55,249 nt of DNA, taken from the IMG/VR virus record IMGVR_UViG_3300017702_000602, positions 1-55,249 of that record; one strand, 5' to 3'. The notes under the pieces are model-generated. The model was not told the DNA's origin. It was given only the letters and a program-made list of their open reading frames with translations, and ran no database searches. A program made the translations under genes and the position numbers. Below are positions 54,999 through 55,249 of this stretch, in pieces. Positions within the stretch are counted from its first letter, which is position 1. Each line of letters begins with the position of its first letter. This DNA comes from a virus. Lineage: Duplodnaviria; Caudoviricetes.

Positions 54999-55249
54999 AT
55001 GCCAGTGGCATTTATCAGTGGGGGCCGGGGGTTTCTCGGCGGGCATATCATTGACCAGCTTCTCGACAAACAATGGGATGTCGTTGCCCTGGTACGCCCC
55101 AACAGTGATGCCAGCACCTTACATGCCAAGAAGGGCGTATCTGTCGTCCAGGCACCACTGGACAATGCCACCGAACTTGCCCTGGTCATGCCCGCTGCCC
55201 CGGATGCGGTTTTTCACGTGGCAGGTAACACCAGCCTGTGGCGCCGGGG
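54999..55249 (+). CDS. Host NAD(P)-dependent epimerase/SDR (partial)
   Basis: MPVAFISGGRGFLGGHI Rossmann motif, VFHVAG; AAGGA RBS. Confidence 0.85.
   Translation, partial: MPVAFISGGRGFLGGHIIDQLLDKQWDVVALVRPNSDASTLHAKKGVSVVQAPLDNATELALVMPAAPDAVFHVAGNTSLWRR

Overview
The window holds an apparently complete temperate siphovirus-type prophage of about 52.8 kb (att core copies at 1642-1666 and 54437-54461) in a gammaproteobacterial chromosome. It is integrated into the 5' end of a tRNA-Gly(CCC) gene. Host flanks are a LexA-boxed umuDC operon and a small ORF on the left, and an NAD(P)-dependent epimerase/SDR gene on the right. Organisation is lambdoid. The minus strand carries cro, a cII-like gene, O/P replication genes, a nin-like region, Q, lysis, packaging, head and tail genes. 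The plus strand carries cI plus an immunity-region cargo (HipA-like kinase with partner; an opposed BrnT/BrnA-like TA pair), then the PL early operon (SutA-like, Gp3-like, SbcD, SbcC, HNH, RdgC, J-domain, ASCH), ending in xis-int. Most notable observations: (1) one 11-residue peptide (TLxLDFxxQxY) occurs both at the C-terminus of a tail-fibre adaptor and as an apparent insertion in the tail terminator, suggesting a beta-strand docking tag that mounts one spike/fibre protein at two virion sites; (2) an IncP-like KorC repressor with a perfect KorC operator controlling a RadC/JAB gene at the prophage end; (3) 5'-tRNA integration with a phage-borne copy of the host tRNA promoter; (4) a 153-aa minimal protein kinase in the late operon; (5) a half-size PagL-like outer-membrane protein. 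All family calls come from motif recognition and gene order only; no database search was run.
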